Source: an uncultured delta proteobacterium
GTDB taxonomy: Bacteria; Desulfobacterota; Binatia; HRBIN30; BPIQ01
Assembly (NCBI GenBank): GCA_963761335.1
Contig: CAVXGR010000012.1
Coordinates: 672,001 to 736,000, forward strand
Direction: 5' to 3'
DNA: 64,000 nucleotides
The notes below the pieces were generated by a model. The model was given only the letters and a program-made list of their open reading frames with translations. It ran no database searches and was not told the origin of the DNA. How positions within the stretch are numbered: position 1 is the first letter of the stretch; every line of letters begins with the position of its first letter. Position numbers and translations under genes: made by a program. Positions 38,769-48,347 of this stretch are shown here, in pieces.

Positions 38769-41168
38769 ATGTCCACCGAACGGAGACCGGTGCCGCTCCT
38801 GCCGCTGGGGAGAACAGTGGCCCTGGTGGTTTCGATCTTCGTGGCCATCGTCGTCAGCCTGCTGGTGCTCAACAACACCCGCAGCGAGATTCTCTCCGGC
38901 GTGCGCGCCTACGTGAACGGCGAGGGCCTGTACTCCAAGGCGCAGAAGGACGCCGTGAACTACCTGGTGCGCTATGCCCATTCGCATGCGGAGAGCGACT
39001 ACCGGAAGTTCCACAACGCCCTCGCCGTGCCCATCGGCGACCGCGTCGCCCGGCTCGAGCTCGAGAAGCGGAAACCGGACATGGCGCGGGTCTACCAGGG
39101 TTTCGTGGCGGCGCGGAATCACCCCGACGACGTCGACAACATGGCGAAGCTGTTCCGGCGCTTCCGGCACGTGACGTACATGGCGCGCGCCATCGATATC
39201 TGGTCGCAAGGCGACGCCCTGATCATGAATCTGGGTCACCTCGGCGAGGAGCTGCACGCCGAGATCGCCGCCGGAGGAGTCGAGCCGCAACGGATCGACG
39301 CCATCCTCGGGCAGGTGGAGGAGCTGAACGAGGAGCTCACCGTGCTCGAGGACGACTTCTCCCGGACCCTGGGAGAAGGGAACCGCTGGCTCGAGCGCCG
39401 CTCGCTCCAGTTCACCTACGCCGCCACCGCCCTGCTGCTGATGGCGGGAGTCTTTCTCTCCTGGCAGATCCTGCGTCAGGCCCGTGCCGTCGAGGAGACG
39501 CAGCGCAGCGCCGAGAGGCAGGCGGCCGCCCGCGCCCGACAGCACGAGGCCACCGCCCGCCTCGGCGCCACGGCGCTGCGCGGCGGCGACCTGCAGGCGC
39601 TGATGGCCGAGGCGGCGGATCGCGTCAGCAGCACTCTCGGAACCGACTTCTCCGAGGTGCTCGAGCTCGTCGATCGCCGCGAGCTGCTGCTGCGCACCGC
39701 GAGCGGGCCGCGCCCCGGCGATGCCGCGGAGACTCGCCTTGCCGTCGAGGAGAGCTCGGCGTCCTACAGCTCGCAGGCGGCCTACACCCTCGCCGCGACG
39801 GCACCGGTCATCGTCCCCGATCTGCGCGCCGAGACGCGATTCTCGGACGCGCGCCTGCTGCGCGAGCGCGGCGTGACCAGCGGCATCAGCGCCCTCATCG
39901 CCGGCGACAGCGAACGGCCCTACGGCGTCATCGCCAGCTACGCCACCTCGCCACGGACCTTCACCGAGGACGAGGCGAGCTTCCTCGACACCGTGGCCAA
40001 CGTCCTGGCGATGGCGATCCAGCGCCAGAGAGCCGACCGGGCCCTCCAGGAGGCGGGGCGCCAGAAGGACCAGTTCCTGGCGATGCTGGCGCACGAGCTG
40101 CGCAACCCGCTGACGCCGATTCGCGGCGCCGTACACATCTTGCGCAGCGTCGGCCCGGAGGAGCCGCGCGCCGAGAAGGCGCGCGACATGATCGAACGGC
40201 AGGTGGCGCACATGACGCGGCTGGTCGACGACCTGCTCGACGTCTCGCGGATCGCCCGCGGCAAGATCTCCCTGCGCTACGAGGTCCTCGATTTGTCACG
40301 CCTCGCCCGTCTGGCGGCCGAGGACTACGAGCCAGCCGTGGAATCGGCAGGCCTGACGCTGACGGCGGAGGTGCCGGCGGATCCCCTGTGGGTGCGCGGT
40401 GACCCGACGCGTCTGTCGCAGGCGATCGGCAACCTCCTGCACAATGCGGCGAAGTTCACCAGCCCGGGCGGCCACATCACTCTCCGCCTGACGGCCGAAG
40501 ACGGCGGTGGCAGGGCGCTCCTGCAGGTGCGCGATACCGGCATCGGCATGGCGCCCGAGGTCTTGAAGCGGGTCTTCGAGCCCTTCAGTCAGGCCGACGA
40601 CAGTCTCGACCGCGGCCGCGGCGGGCTCGGTCTCGGCCTGGCACTGGCGAAGGGCCTGCTCGAGCTGCACGGCGGCAGCGCCGAAGCGGCCAGCGAGGGG
40701 CTCGGCAAGGGATCCGAGATCCGCCTGTGGCTGCCGCTCACCGCCGCGCCACCCCAGCCACCCGAGACGCTTCACGAGCCCCTGGCGCCGAGCCAACCCC
40801 GCCGCGTGCTGCTGATCGAGGACAATCTCGCCGTCGCCGAGACCCTCAAGCTGGTGCTCGAGCTGGAAGGCCACCGTTTGACCCTGGCGGACAACGGCGC
40901 CAGCGCCCTCGAGGCGGCTCGCCAGTTTCGCCCCCAGGTGGTGGTCTGCGACATCGGGCTCCCGGGCGACATGGACGGCTTCGCCGTCGCCGCGGCCATT
41001 CGCGCCGACCCCGCGCTGCGCCACTCGTACCTGATCGCCCTCTCCGGCTACGGCAAGGAGGAGGACCGCCGTCGCGCCCACGAGGCGGGTTTCGACGTGC
41101 ATCTGGTCAAGCCCGTCGACCCCTTCGTGCTCATCAAGCTGCTGGTCGAGGGCGGCACATCGGGGTGA
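38769..41168 (+). CDS. Hybrid sensor kinase (2 TM, GAF, HisKA, HATPase, REC)
   Basis: AHELRNPL, NAAKFT, DTGIGM, GLGLGL, CDIGLP; start approximate. Confidence 0.92.
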   Translation: MSTERRPVPLLPLGRTVALVVSIFVAIVVSLLVLNNTRSEILSGVRAYVNGEGLYSKAQKDAVNYLVRYAHSHAESDYRKFHNALAVPIGDRVARLELEKRKPDMARVYQGFVAARNHPDDVDNMAKLFRRFRHVTYMARAIDIWSQGDALIMNLGHLGEELHAEIAAGGVEPQRIDAILGQVEELNEELTVLEDDFSRTLGEGNRWLERRSLQFTYAATALLLMAGVFLSWQILRQARAVEETQRSAERQAAARARQHEATARLGATALRGGDLQALMAEAADRVSSTLGTDFSEVLELVDRRELLLRTASGPRPGDAAETRLAVEESSASYSSQAAYTLAATAPVIVPDLRAETRFSDARLLRERGVTSGISALIAGDSERPYGVIASYATSPRTFTEDEASFLDTVANVLAMAIQRQRADRALQEAGRQKDQFLAMLAHELRNPLTPIRGAVHILRSVGPEEPRAEKARDMIERQVAHMTRLVDDLLDVSRIARGKISLRYEVLDLSRLARLAAEDYEPAVESAGLTLTAEVPADPLWVRGDPTRLSQAIGNLLHNAAKFTSPGGHITLRLTAEDGGGRALLQVRDTGIGMAPEVLKRVFEPFSQADDSLDRGRGGLGLGLALAKGLLELHGGSAEAASEGLGKGSEIRLWLPLTAAPPQPPETLHEPLAPSQPRRVLLIEDNLAVAETLKLVLELEGHRLTLADNGASALEAARQFRPQVVVCDIGLPGDMDGFAVAAAIRADPALRHSYLIALSGYGKEEDRRRAHEAGFDVHLVKPVDPFVLIKLLVEGGTSG

Positions 41169-41178
41169 ACCGCTTTCC

Positions 41179-41310
41179 TGCTCGTGCTCGTAATCGTCCT
41201 CGTAATCGTCCTCGCGGGTTACCCCGCAGCGGCACGGCGGCCCCCACCCCTCGACCCCCTTCGAGTACGATTACGAGTACGAGCACCGCTTCGCTGAGCA
41301 CGAGCACGAC
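41179..41310. repeat. Family C hexamer (CGTGCT/CGTAAT) inverted pair
   Basis: Related copies at 41619..41722, 38648..38690 and 16284..16565. Confidence 0.8.
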
Positions 41311-41354
41311 TCCCCCGCCACCCCTCCGAAGAGGCAGCACGCCTCCTACTGTTC

Positions 41355-41607
41355 GGTGGTGTCTCAGTTTGATTCCTTGTCCGCAACCTGCGCCGCGTTT
41401 TCCACTCGCTGCGTGTATGGTTCCCTCTCCCGCATTGCCTGCGGGAGAGGGTCAGGGTGAGGGCGCCGATCTCTTTGAACGGCGCGAACGTGCGCAACCC
41501 TTCAGGGAAAAAGGGACCCCTCACCCTGCCCTCTCCCCGCGGAAATGCGGGGAGAGGGAACCTGCCGCTCGCCGCGCATGGCAGGCGAATCAAACTGAGA
41601 CACCACC
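41355..41607. mobile_element. 253-bp MITE with 21-bp perfect TIRs and 8-bp TSD, carrying a BoxC-like doublet
   Basis: GGTGGTGTCTCAGTTTGATTC / GAATCAAACTGAGACACCACC; TACTGTTC at 41347..41354 and 41608..41615. Confidence 0.92.
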
Positions 41608-41763
41608 TACTGTTCTTTCGTGCTCGTGCTCGTAATCGTACTCGTAATCGTCCTCGCGAGTTACCCCGCAAACGCCGCGGCCGGGGCCCCGCCCATCGAC
41701 CCCGCTCGAGCACGAGCACGATCCCCCTCGCCCACTCCGCCTCCTCCTCGCGCCCCGCCCGCC

Positions 41764-43461
41764 CTACGGATTCATCTCGTAGGCGCCGTTGAGGGCGTAG
41801 ACCTGCTCTCGCCAGACCCTCTGGTAGCGGTCGTCGTCGGGCGGCGGCTTGCGGATCATCTTCAGGCAGTACTCCATCTGCGCCGCGGTGCTGCCGCGCT
41901 TGCCGTGCAGCTGCACGGCAAAGGCGGAGAAGTCGCGCACCAGAAAATCGAAGATCTGCTCGATCAGGTCATCGCCGATACCGTAGATACGGGCGTTCTC
42001 CAGGACCAGCTGCGAGTAGACGACCAGCGCGAAGAGCTCGCCGACCGCCATCAGGAAGTCGGTGTCGCGCATCTGCTGCGGCTCCGGCGGCGCCTGCTGC
42101 AGCGAGGCGCGGAGGACCTCGATCTGCTCGCGGAAGAGCTGCACATTGGCCAGAGGGAAGCCGTCGAACACGCGCCGGTAGTCGTGAAAGCGGATCCTGC
42201 TCAGGCCCTTGGTCGGCCCCTGGTCGAAGAGGAAGTCGTCGTTGGCGGCATCGTCGCGACGCCGCATCTCCGGGTACTCGGCCGTGTTGAAGAAGTAGCC
42301 GAGCATGAACTTGAGAATCAGCGCCAGGTTGACGTGCACCGTTCCCTCGAGCTTGGGAAGCGCACGGATATCGCGCGCCGCCATCTCGAAGACCATGTCC
42401 TTCTCGAAGCCCTTGGCGGCGATCACGTCCCAGAGCAGGTCGATCACCTCCTCGCCCTGGGTGGTCACCTTCATCTTCACCACCGGGTTGTAGAGCAGGT
42501 AGCGGCGGTCCTCGGCGGTCGCCGAGCGCATGTAGTCACAGGCGCGCAGCGCCACCAGCTTCATGGCGACCAGACGGGCGTAGGCATCGGTGAAGCTGCG
42601 CTGCACGTGGGGGAAGTCGGTGACCGCCATGCCGTAGAGGTGGCGATTGGCGGCGTGGGTGATGGCCTCGTAGAAGGCGTGCGTGCAGATGCCGATCGAG
42701 GCCCAGCCGAGGTTGTACTTGCCGATGTTCACCGTGTTCAGCGAGGCGTTCCAGGCCTCGTCGCCCTTGGAGAGAATGTCGGCCTCGGTGACCGGGTAGT
42801 CCCGCAGCTCGAACTGAGCGACGTAGTTCTGGCTGTTGACGACGCTCTGCACGCAGTCGAACTTCTCGTGCTGCGAGTCGGCGGCGAAGAAAACGTAGAG
42901 GTCGGAGCCCGCCAGCTTGCCGAAGGTGGAGACCATCGCCGCCTTGTTGGCGTTGCCGATGTAGTACTTGCCGCCGCGGGCGACGTAGGTCCCCTCCCCC
43001 TGCGGCACCAGGGTCATCTCGCTGGAGTAGAGGTCGGCGCCGTGCTGCTTCTCCGAGAGGCCGAAGGCAAAGATGGCGCCGTCGCTCAGAAGTCGGGCAG
43101 CCCGCTGCTTGGCCTCCTGGTTGTGGCTCATCCAGATCGGCCCCAGGCCGAGAATCGAGACCTGCCAGGTGTACCAGTAGCAGAGGCCGTAGAAGCCGAG
43201 GATCTCGTTGAACTCGCAGTTGCGCCAGGTGTCCCAGCGGCTGTCCGCATCGCCGTAGCCCGCCGGGGTCAGCAGCGTCGCGAAGATCTTCTCGCGGCGG
43301 ACGAAGTCGAGGAAGTCGGAGTACCAGAGGCGCTCGTGGTCGTCGTGCTTGAGCCGCTTCTTCCCCTTCGCCTCGAAGAAGTCGACCGTCTTCTGCATGA
43401 TCTCCATCGAGCGTGCGTCGGGGTAAGGCCGGGTCAGCTTTCGCGGATTGAGAAGGATCAT
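41764..43461 (-). CDS. Acyl-CoA dehydrogenase
   Basis: FAFGLSEKQHGAD, GGKYYIGNAN, AAKGFE, LPKLEGT. Confidence 0.9.
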   Translation of the reverse strand: MILLNPRKLTRPYPDARSMEIMQKTVDFFEAKGKKRLKHDDHERLWYSDFLDFVRREKIFATLLTPAGYGDADSRWDTWRNCEFNEILGFYGLCYWYTWQVSILGLGPIWMSHNQEAKQRAARLLSDGAIFAFGLSEKQHGADLYSSEMTLVPQGEGTYVARGGKYYIGNANKAAMVSTFGKLAGSDLYVFFAADSQHEKFDCVQSVVNSQNYVAQFELRDYPVTEADILSKGDEAWNASLNTVNIGKYNLGWASIGICTHAFYEAITHAANRHLYGMAVTDFPHVQRSFTDAYARLVAMKLVALRACDYMRSATAEDRRYLLYNPVVKMKVTTQGEEVIDLLWDVIAAKGFEKDMVFEMAARDIRALPKLEGTVHVNLALILKFMLGYFFNTAEYPEMRRRDDAANDDFLFDQGPTKGLSRIRFHDYRRVFDGFPLANVQLFREQIEVLRASLQQAPPEPQQMRDTDFLMAVGELFALVVYSQLVLENARIYGIGDDLIEQIFDFLVRDFSAFAVQLHGKRGSTAAQMEYCLKMIRKPPPDDDRYQRVWREQVYALNGAYEMNP

Positions 43462-43545
43462 GCCGCCGCTTTACCACGCCCCCAAGCGACCGCAAACGCC
43501 GCCGAGTCCTGGCGACACTGCGGCGGCCGCGGTAGTCTGCCCTGC

Positions 43546-44352
43546 ATGCGCGAGCGGACGGTCCTGATCACGGGGGCGGCGAGCGGCATCGGACGGGCAC
43601 TGGCGTATCGATTCGCGGCGGCGGGGGCGCGCCTGGGGTTGTTGGATCGCGACCGGGCCGGCCTCGATCAGCTGAGCCGGGAGCTCGCCGCGGGCGGCAC
43701 CGCGGTGCGTACCGCCGTGTGCGACGTGGCCTCGTTCGAGAGCTGCTGTCAGGCGGTGCCGGCGGTCGCCGGCGACGGCGGCGGCGTCGACGTCCTGGTG
43801 AACAACGCCGGCATCACCCACCTCAGCCGTTTCGCCGCCACCGACGTCGAGGTGTTCCACCGGGTGATGGACGTCAACTTCTTCGGCGCCCTGCACTGCA
43901 CCAAGGCGGCATTGCCCGGGCTGGTGGCGCGCCGCGGATTGATCGTGGTGATGTCGAGCGTCGCCGGATTCGCGCCCCTCGGCGGGCGCAGCGGCTACGC
44001 CGCCAGCAAGCACGCGCTGCACGGCCTCTTCGAATCGCTGCGCGCCGAGCTGCGCCAGAGCGGCGTCGGCGTCCTCATGGTGTGCCCCAGCTTCACCCGC
44101 ACCAACATCGGCCGCAATGCCCTGGGCGCCGACGGGCGCCCCGCCGGCGATGCCATCCGCACCACCACCGGCAAGGAGATGGAGCCCGCCGCCGTCGCCG
44201 AGGCGATCTTTGGCGCCGCCCGGCGCCGCCGGCGCCTGCTGGTGCTCTCCCCGGTCGGCAAGATGGCCTTCCTCGTCTCGCGCCTCTTGCCCTCGATCTA
44301 CGAGCGGCTGATGGCGCGGCAGCTGATGCGCGAGGAGACGCAGCCCGAGTAG
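43546..44352 (+). CDS. Short-chain dehydrogenase/reductase
   Basis: TGAASGIG, NNAG, YAASK; stop TAG lies in the GTAG of a family B repeat. Confidence 0.93.
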   Translation: MRERTVLITGAASGIGRALAYRFAAAGARLGLLDRDRAGLDQLSRELAAGGTAVRTAVCDVASFESCCQAVPAVAGDGGGVDVLVNNAGITHLSRFAATDVEVFHRVMDVNFFGALHCTKAALPGLVARRGLIVVMSSVAGFAPLGGRSGYAASKHALHGLFESLRAELRQSGVGVLMVCPSFTRTNIGRNALGADGRPAGDAIRTTTGKEMEPAAVAEAIFGAARRRRRLLVLSPVGKMAFLVSRLLPSIYERLMARQLMREETQPE

Positions 44353-44398
44353 AAGCGGCGTCCCGCCGCTTCGGGAAGCGCCGGGACGCCGCTTCTAC
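44349..44398. repeat. Family B 50-bp element
   Basis: GTAGAAGCGGCGTCCCGCCGCTTCGGGAAGCGCCGGGACGCCGCTTCTAC. Confidence 0.9.
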
Positions 44399-44503
44399 TC
44401 GGGTAGGGGCGCGGGCAGGGGCGGGGGAACCAATTGCCTTTTGTCTTCTTGCAGCGGAGTCGGCTATGAATCTCCACAAAGACTCTCGGGGGGGAAGCAC
44501 TCG

Positions 44504-46807
44504 ATGAAGATGAACATGGAGCAAATGCTCTTCGGGCTCCTGGCGATCGCCGCGGTCGCCGCTCTCGCCGGCTGCGACGCGCAGAACCCGCAGCCGAGCC
44601 CGTCGCGCAGCGCCACTCCGGCAGCGATCGCAACGGCGACCGCCCCGCAGCCGACGGCGACCGGTGTCCCAGACACCGCCACGCCGACGGCAACCGCGGC
44701 CCCTCCCACCGCCTCGCCGACGCCGACCAGCATCGTCGCCGCACAGGCATTCCTCGACCAGGACTACTTCCGCGCCCGCGCCCTCGACTATTTGCGCTTC
44801 GCCACCCAGACGCTGTCGCCGGGCAACGTGGTCAACGTCCTCGCCCACATGGAGCGGGAGCAGCTCGACCCCGAGTATCAGGCGCCCGCCGACGCCGTGC
44901 CGGTCAATCAATGGGACGACATCTTCACCAAGATGGCGACCCTGGTGGACACGCGCGACTTCGATGCCCTGTATCTGCTCAACCTGGTTCTCGGCTACCG
45001 CGGCAACCCCGTGGTGCCGGAGGAGCTCTGGCAGAAGGTGGAAACGGCGCTGAAGACGTTCAAGTTCTGGTACACCGAGCCGACACCGGAGGGGCTGATC
45101 GACAACTCCTACTACTGGACGGAGAACCACGAGGCCATCTACTACACGCTCGAGTACCTCGTCGGGCAGCTCTTCCCCGACGAGCCGCTCTCCACCGACG
45201 GCAGGCTGGGCAGCGTGCACCACGCCGAGGCGCGTCAGAAGCTCCGGCGCTGGCTCGATCTGCGCGCCCGCTACGGCTTCAGCGAGTGGCACTCGAACGT
45301 CTACTACCAGAAGGACCTCACGCCCCTGCTGACCCTGGCGGAGTACGCCCAGGACGACGACATCCGCACGCGCTCGTCGATGGTGCTCGACGTGCTGCTG
45401 TTCGACATCGCGCTGCACATCCAGCGCGGCGCCTTCGGCGTCACCCATGGGCGCTCCTACAAGAAGGACAAGATGACCTCGCTCGACGAGGACACCTGGG
45501 GGGCGACCAAGATGCTCTTCGATGCCACCGAGTACCCGTACCAGTCGACCTCCCACGCGGACGCCGTCCTGCTGGCACGGGCGCAGCGGTATCGCCTGCC
45601 GTCGGTGATCTGGCGAGTCGCCCGCAGCGGCGACTCGTTCGCCGACCGCGAGCGCATGAGCATCGACATCAACGAGGAGGGGCCGGTACAGACCGACCCG
45701 GTGGCCCCCGAAGGCCTCTCCTTCAGCGACCCGAACGACGTGCCGGTGTGGTTCGGCATCGGCGCGCTGACGACCTGGGAGGTGGTGCCGCTCACCGTAC
45801 AGACCTTCGAGCAGTACAATCTCTGGGAGACGGAGTCCTTCGCGCCGTTCGCCGGCCTGCGGACTCTGACCGGCAACATCCCCTTCGCGCAGAGCTTCGC
45901 TGCCGGCATCTATCGCTTCCTCAACTTCGGCCTCCTCAAGGAGGTGAACACCTACACCTACCGCACGCCCGACTTCATGCTGTCGAGCGCCATCGATTAC
46001 CGCGCCGGCTCCTTCGGGCAGCAGTACCATTCCTGGCAGGCCACCTTCGACGCCAACGCGCTGGTGTTCACCAATCACCCCTTTCGGCCGCTGGCGATGT
46101 CCACCGACTGGCTCGACGATCCGGAGACCGGCGGCTATTGGAACGGCGAGGCCTCGATGCCGCGCTCGGCGCAGCTCGAGAACGTCGCCGTGCACATCTA
46201 CGCGCCGCAGTACCCCATGCAGAACCCGCCGCCGCTCGACTACTTTCACTACGAGCCCTACACCCACGCCTACTTTCCGCAGGATCATTTCGACGAGGTG
46301 GTGCAGCAGGGCAACTGGACCTTCGGCCGCTTCCGCGACGGCTACATCGCCCTGTACTCGTATCGTCCGGCCGAGTTCCTCGTCTACGATCCGAACGTCT
46401 ACGCGACCAACGGCATGGTGAAGCCCTTTGATCTGGTCGCCAACGGCGGCGCCGACAACGTCTGGATCGTCGAGTGCGGCCGCGCCGCCGACTCCGGATC
46501 GTTTGCCGACTTCCGCGCCGCGATTCTCGCCGCCCATCTCGAGGTGACTCCCCTCGGCACCGAGAACGGTCTCTCCAAGGGATACGACGTCGTCTACGAC
46601 TCCCCCAGTCGCGGCCGCATCACCTTCGGCTGGCAGGCGCCGTTCACGGTCGGCGGCACCGAGATCCCCCTGGCGCAGTTTCCGCGCTACGACGATCCAT
46701 GGTCGCACACCGAGTTCGGATCGCCGCAGATCACCATCGAGGACAACCACGTCGGCGAGCGACTCGACTTCGACGCCGGCACCCGGGAGGTGTACGCCGG
46801 CAGCTGA
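44504..46807 (+). CDS. Large lipoprotein of unknown function (possibly heparinase/lyase-like alpha+beta fold)
   Basis: Lipobox LAGC, Pro/Thr linker, YWTENH, GFSEWHSNVYY, THGRSY, GQQYHSWQA. Confidence 0.7.
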   Translation: MKMNMEQMLFGLLAIAAVAALAGCDAQNPQPSPSRSATPAAIATATAPQPTATGVPDTATPTATAAPPTASPTPTSIVAAQAFLDQDYFRARALDYLRFATQTLSPGNVVNVLAHMEREQLDPEYQAPADAVPVNQWDDIFTKMATLVDTRDFDALYLLNLVLGYRGNPVVPEELWQKVETALKTFKFWYTEPTPEGLIDNSYYWTENHEAIYYTLEYLVGQLFPDEPLSTDGRLGSVHHAEARQKLRRWLDLRARYGFSEWHSNVYYQKDLTPLLTLAEYAQDDDIRTRSSMVLDVLLFDIALHIQRGAFGVTHGRSYKKDKMTSLDEDTWGATKMLFDATEYPYQSTSHADAVLLARAQRYRLPSVIWRVARSGDSFADRERMSIDINEEGPVQTDPVAPEGLSFSDPNDVPVWFGIGALTTWEVVPLTVQTFEQYNLWETESFAPFAGLRTLTGNIPFAQSFAAGIYRFLNFGLLKEVNTYTYRTPDFMLSSAIDYRAGSFGQQYHSWQATFDANALVFTNHPFRPLAMSTDWLDDPETGGYWNGEASMPRSAQLENVAVHIYAPQYPMQNPPPLDYFHYEPYTHAYFPQDHFDEVVQQGNWTFGRFRDGYIALYSYRPAEFLVYDPNVYATNGMVKPFDLVANGGADNVWIVECGRAADSGSFADFRAAILAAHLEVTPLGTENGLSKGYDVVYDSPSRGRITFGWQAPFTVGGTEIPLAQFPRYDDPWSHTEFGSPQITIEDNHVGERLDFDAGTREVYAGS

Positions 46808-47754
46808 TGAGTGCCTGCGAGACGCCCTCGGAGCGCCGCTCCCTCTGCCGCGCTGCGCTCCCGGTGCTGGCGTTCCTGGCCTCAGCGGTCCTGGTGCTCG
46901 CCATCTGCGGCTGCGGCTCCGAGGACGCGGCCCCGTCGCCGCCGTTCCTCGCCGTCCTCAGCGCCTTCCCTGCCGAGATGGCGCCGCTCCTCGCCCAGGC
47001 CAGTATCGAGGAGACGACCGAGATCGACAGCCGCGTCTTTCGCTCGGGGAGGCTCGGCGGGGTTGCGGTGGTCATCGGCCTCACCGGCATCGGGCTGGTC
47101 AACGCCACCAACACCACCCGCGCCGTGCTGGAGCGCTTTCCCGTGACCGGTGTCGTCGTCTCGGCGGTCGCCGGGAGTGACCAGCTCGAGATCGGCAGCG
47201 TCGCCGTCCCGTCGGCGTGGACGACGGCGGACGGCACGGCCTATGGCGTCACCCCGGAGTGGCTCGGCCTGGCGGAGGAGATCGCGTCACCGGCAAGCGC
47301 ATCGCTTGAACGGTGCACGACCGTGGCATCGGCGCCACAGGAGCCGGTGTGTGTCGAGCGCCCGCCGCTGATCGCCGTCGGCGGTACCGGGCAGAGCAGC
47401 GATCCGTTCGCGGGCATGCCCTTCCCGTGTCAAGCGGGCTCGGGCGACGTTTCGGGGTGCGACGTGGAGACCGCGAGCGCCGAAGTCGCCGCGACGGCGC
47501 GCGCAACCACTGTCGCCGCCAGCGCGCCGCCGATTGTCACCGACATGGAGACCGCCGCCATCGCCGCCGAAGCGACGGCCCGCGGCCTCTCCTTCATCGC
47601 CTTCCGCTCCATCTCCGACGGCCCGGGCGATCCGCTCGGACTGCCCGGGTTCCCGGCGCAGTTCTTCACCTACTACCACCTGGCGGCGCAGAATGCGGCG
47701 ACGGCCACCGTCGCTTTTCTCGAGCGGCTGGCAACGCGAAGCGCGGCGCCGTAG
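46807..47754 (+). CDS. Exported nucleoside phosphorylase / MTA-SAH nucleosidase-family protein
   Basis: LSAFPAE, TGIGLVNA, DMETAA, FIAFRSISD; hydrophobic signal ending in CGC. Confidence 0.82.
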   Translation: MSACETPSERRSLCRAALPVLAFLASAVLVLAICGCGSEDAAPSPPFLAVLSAFPAEMAPLLAQASIEETTEIDSRVFRSGRLGGVAVVIGLTGIGLVNATNTTRAVLERFPVTGVVVSAVAGSDQLEIGSVAVPSAWTTADGTAYGVTPEWLGLAEEIASPASASLERCTTVASAPQEPVCVERPPLIAVGGTGQSSDPFAGMPFPCQAGSGDVSGCDVETASAEVAATARATTVAASAPPIVTDMETAAIAAEATARGLSFIAFRSISDGPGDPLGLPGFPAQFFTYYHLAAQNAATATVAFLERLATRSAAP

Positions 47755-47918
47755 CCTACGGCGTCATCCTCCCGGCCGGGAGAAGGTCGGGATGAGGGGG
47801 CCGGATGACGCCCCGGACGGGTCGCCGCCGGTGCAAATTTGCCTCGCGCTCCGGCAGATGAACGTGCTAGGTTCCGCCCAATACGCCAGTTCGAGGTGCC
47901 CACGCCAAAGGAGGAACA

Positions 47919-48308
47919 ATGGGCCAGAAGAAGAACGAGCTTCCCTCGTTGCGGAAGACACCCCTGGATTTTCTCAGCCGGGACGAGGCGCGCCAGGCCG
48001 TCAAACCGGTCGGCGCGGTGGACCCATCGGCTGCGGCGCAGGCCGTACGCACGGACCCGAACAACGAGAAACTGATGTTGGCGCAGCACATGTCGCACGC
48101 GTCCCACGGCTCGCACGGAAGCCACGGGTCGCATGGCAGTCACGGTTCGCACGGCAGTCACGGCTCGCACGGAAGCCACGGCTCGCACGGCAGTCACGGC
48201 TCCCACGGCAGCCACGGCTCGCACGGCAGTCACGGTTCGCACGGCAGTCACGGATCGCACGGCAGTCACGGTTCGCACGGCAGTCACGGATCGCACGGGT
48301 CCTGGTAA
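47919..48308 (+). CDS. His-Xaa-Ser repeat protein (HxsA-like precursor)
   Basis: AAGGAGG RBS; 56-aa leader ending LMLAQ, then HMS, HAS, (HGS)x22, W. Confidence 0.88.
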   Translation: MGQKKNELPSLRKTPLDFLSRDEARQAVKPVGAVDPSAAAQAVRTDPNNEKLMLAQHMSHASHGSHGSHGSHGSHGSHGSHGSHGSHGSHGSHGSHGSHGSHGSHGSHGSHGSHGSHGSHGSHGSHGSW

Positions 48309-48347
48309 GCGCAAGCAGATAGAACGAAGCGCTGGGGGAGGCGCACG

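Noticed and set aside
41620..44352. 910-aa fusion ending in an SDR
   Set aside because: The first ~640 codons are antisense to the acyl-CoA dehydrogenase; the real start is 43546
47673..48314. VTAVR-repeat ORFs on other frames
   Set aside because: Shadows of the HGS repeat; the RBS and synonymous variation support 47919..48308
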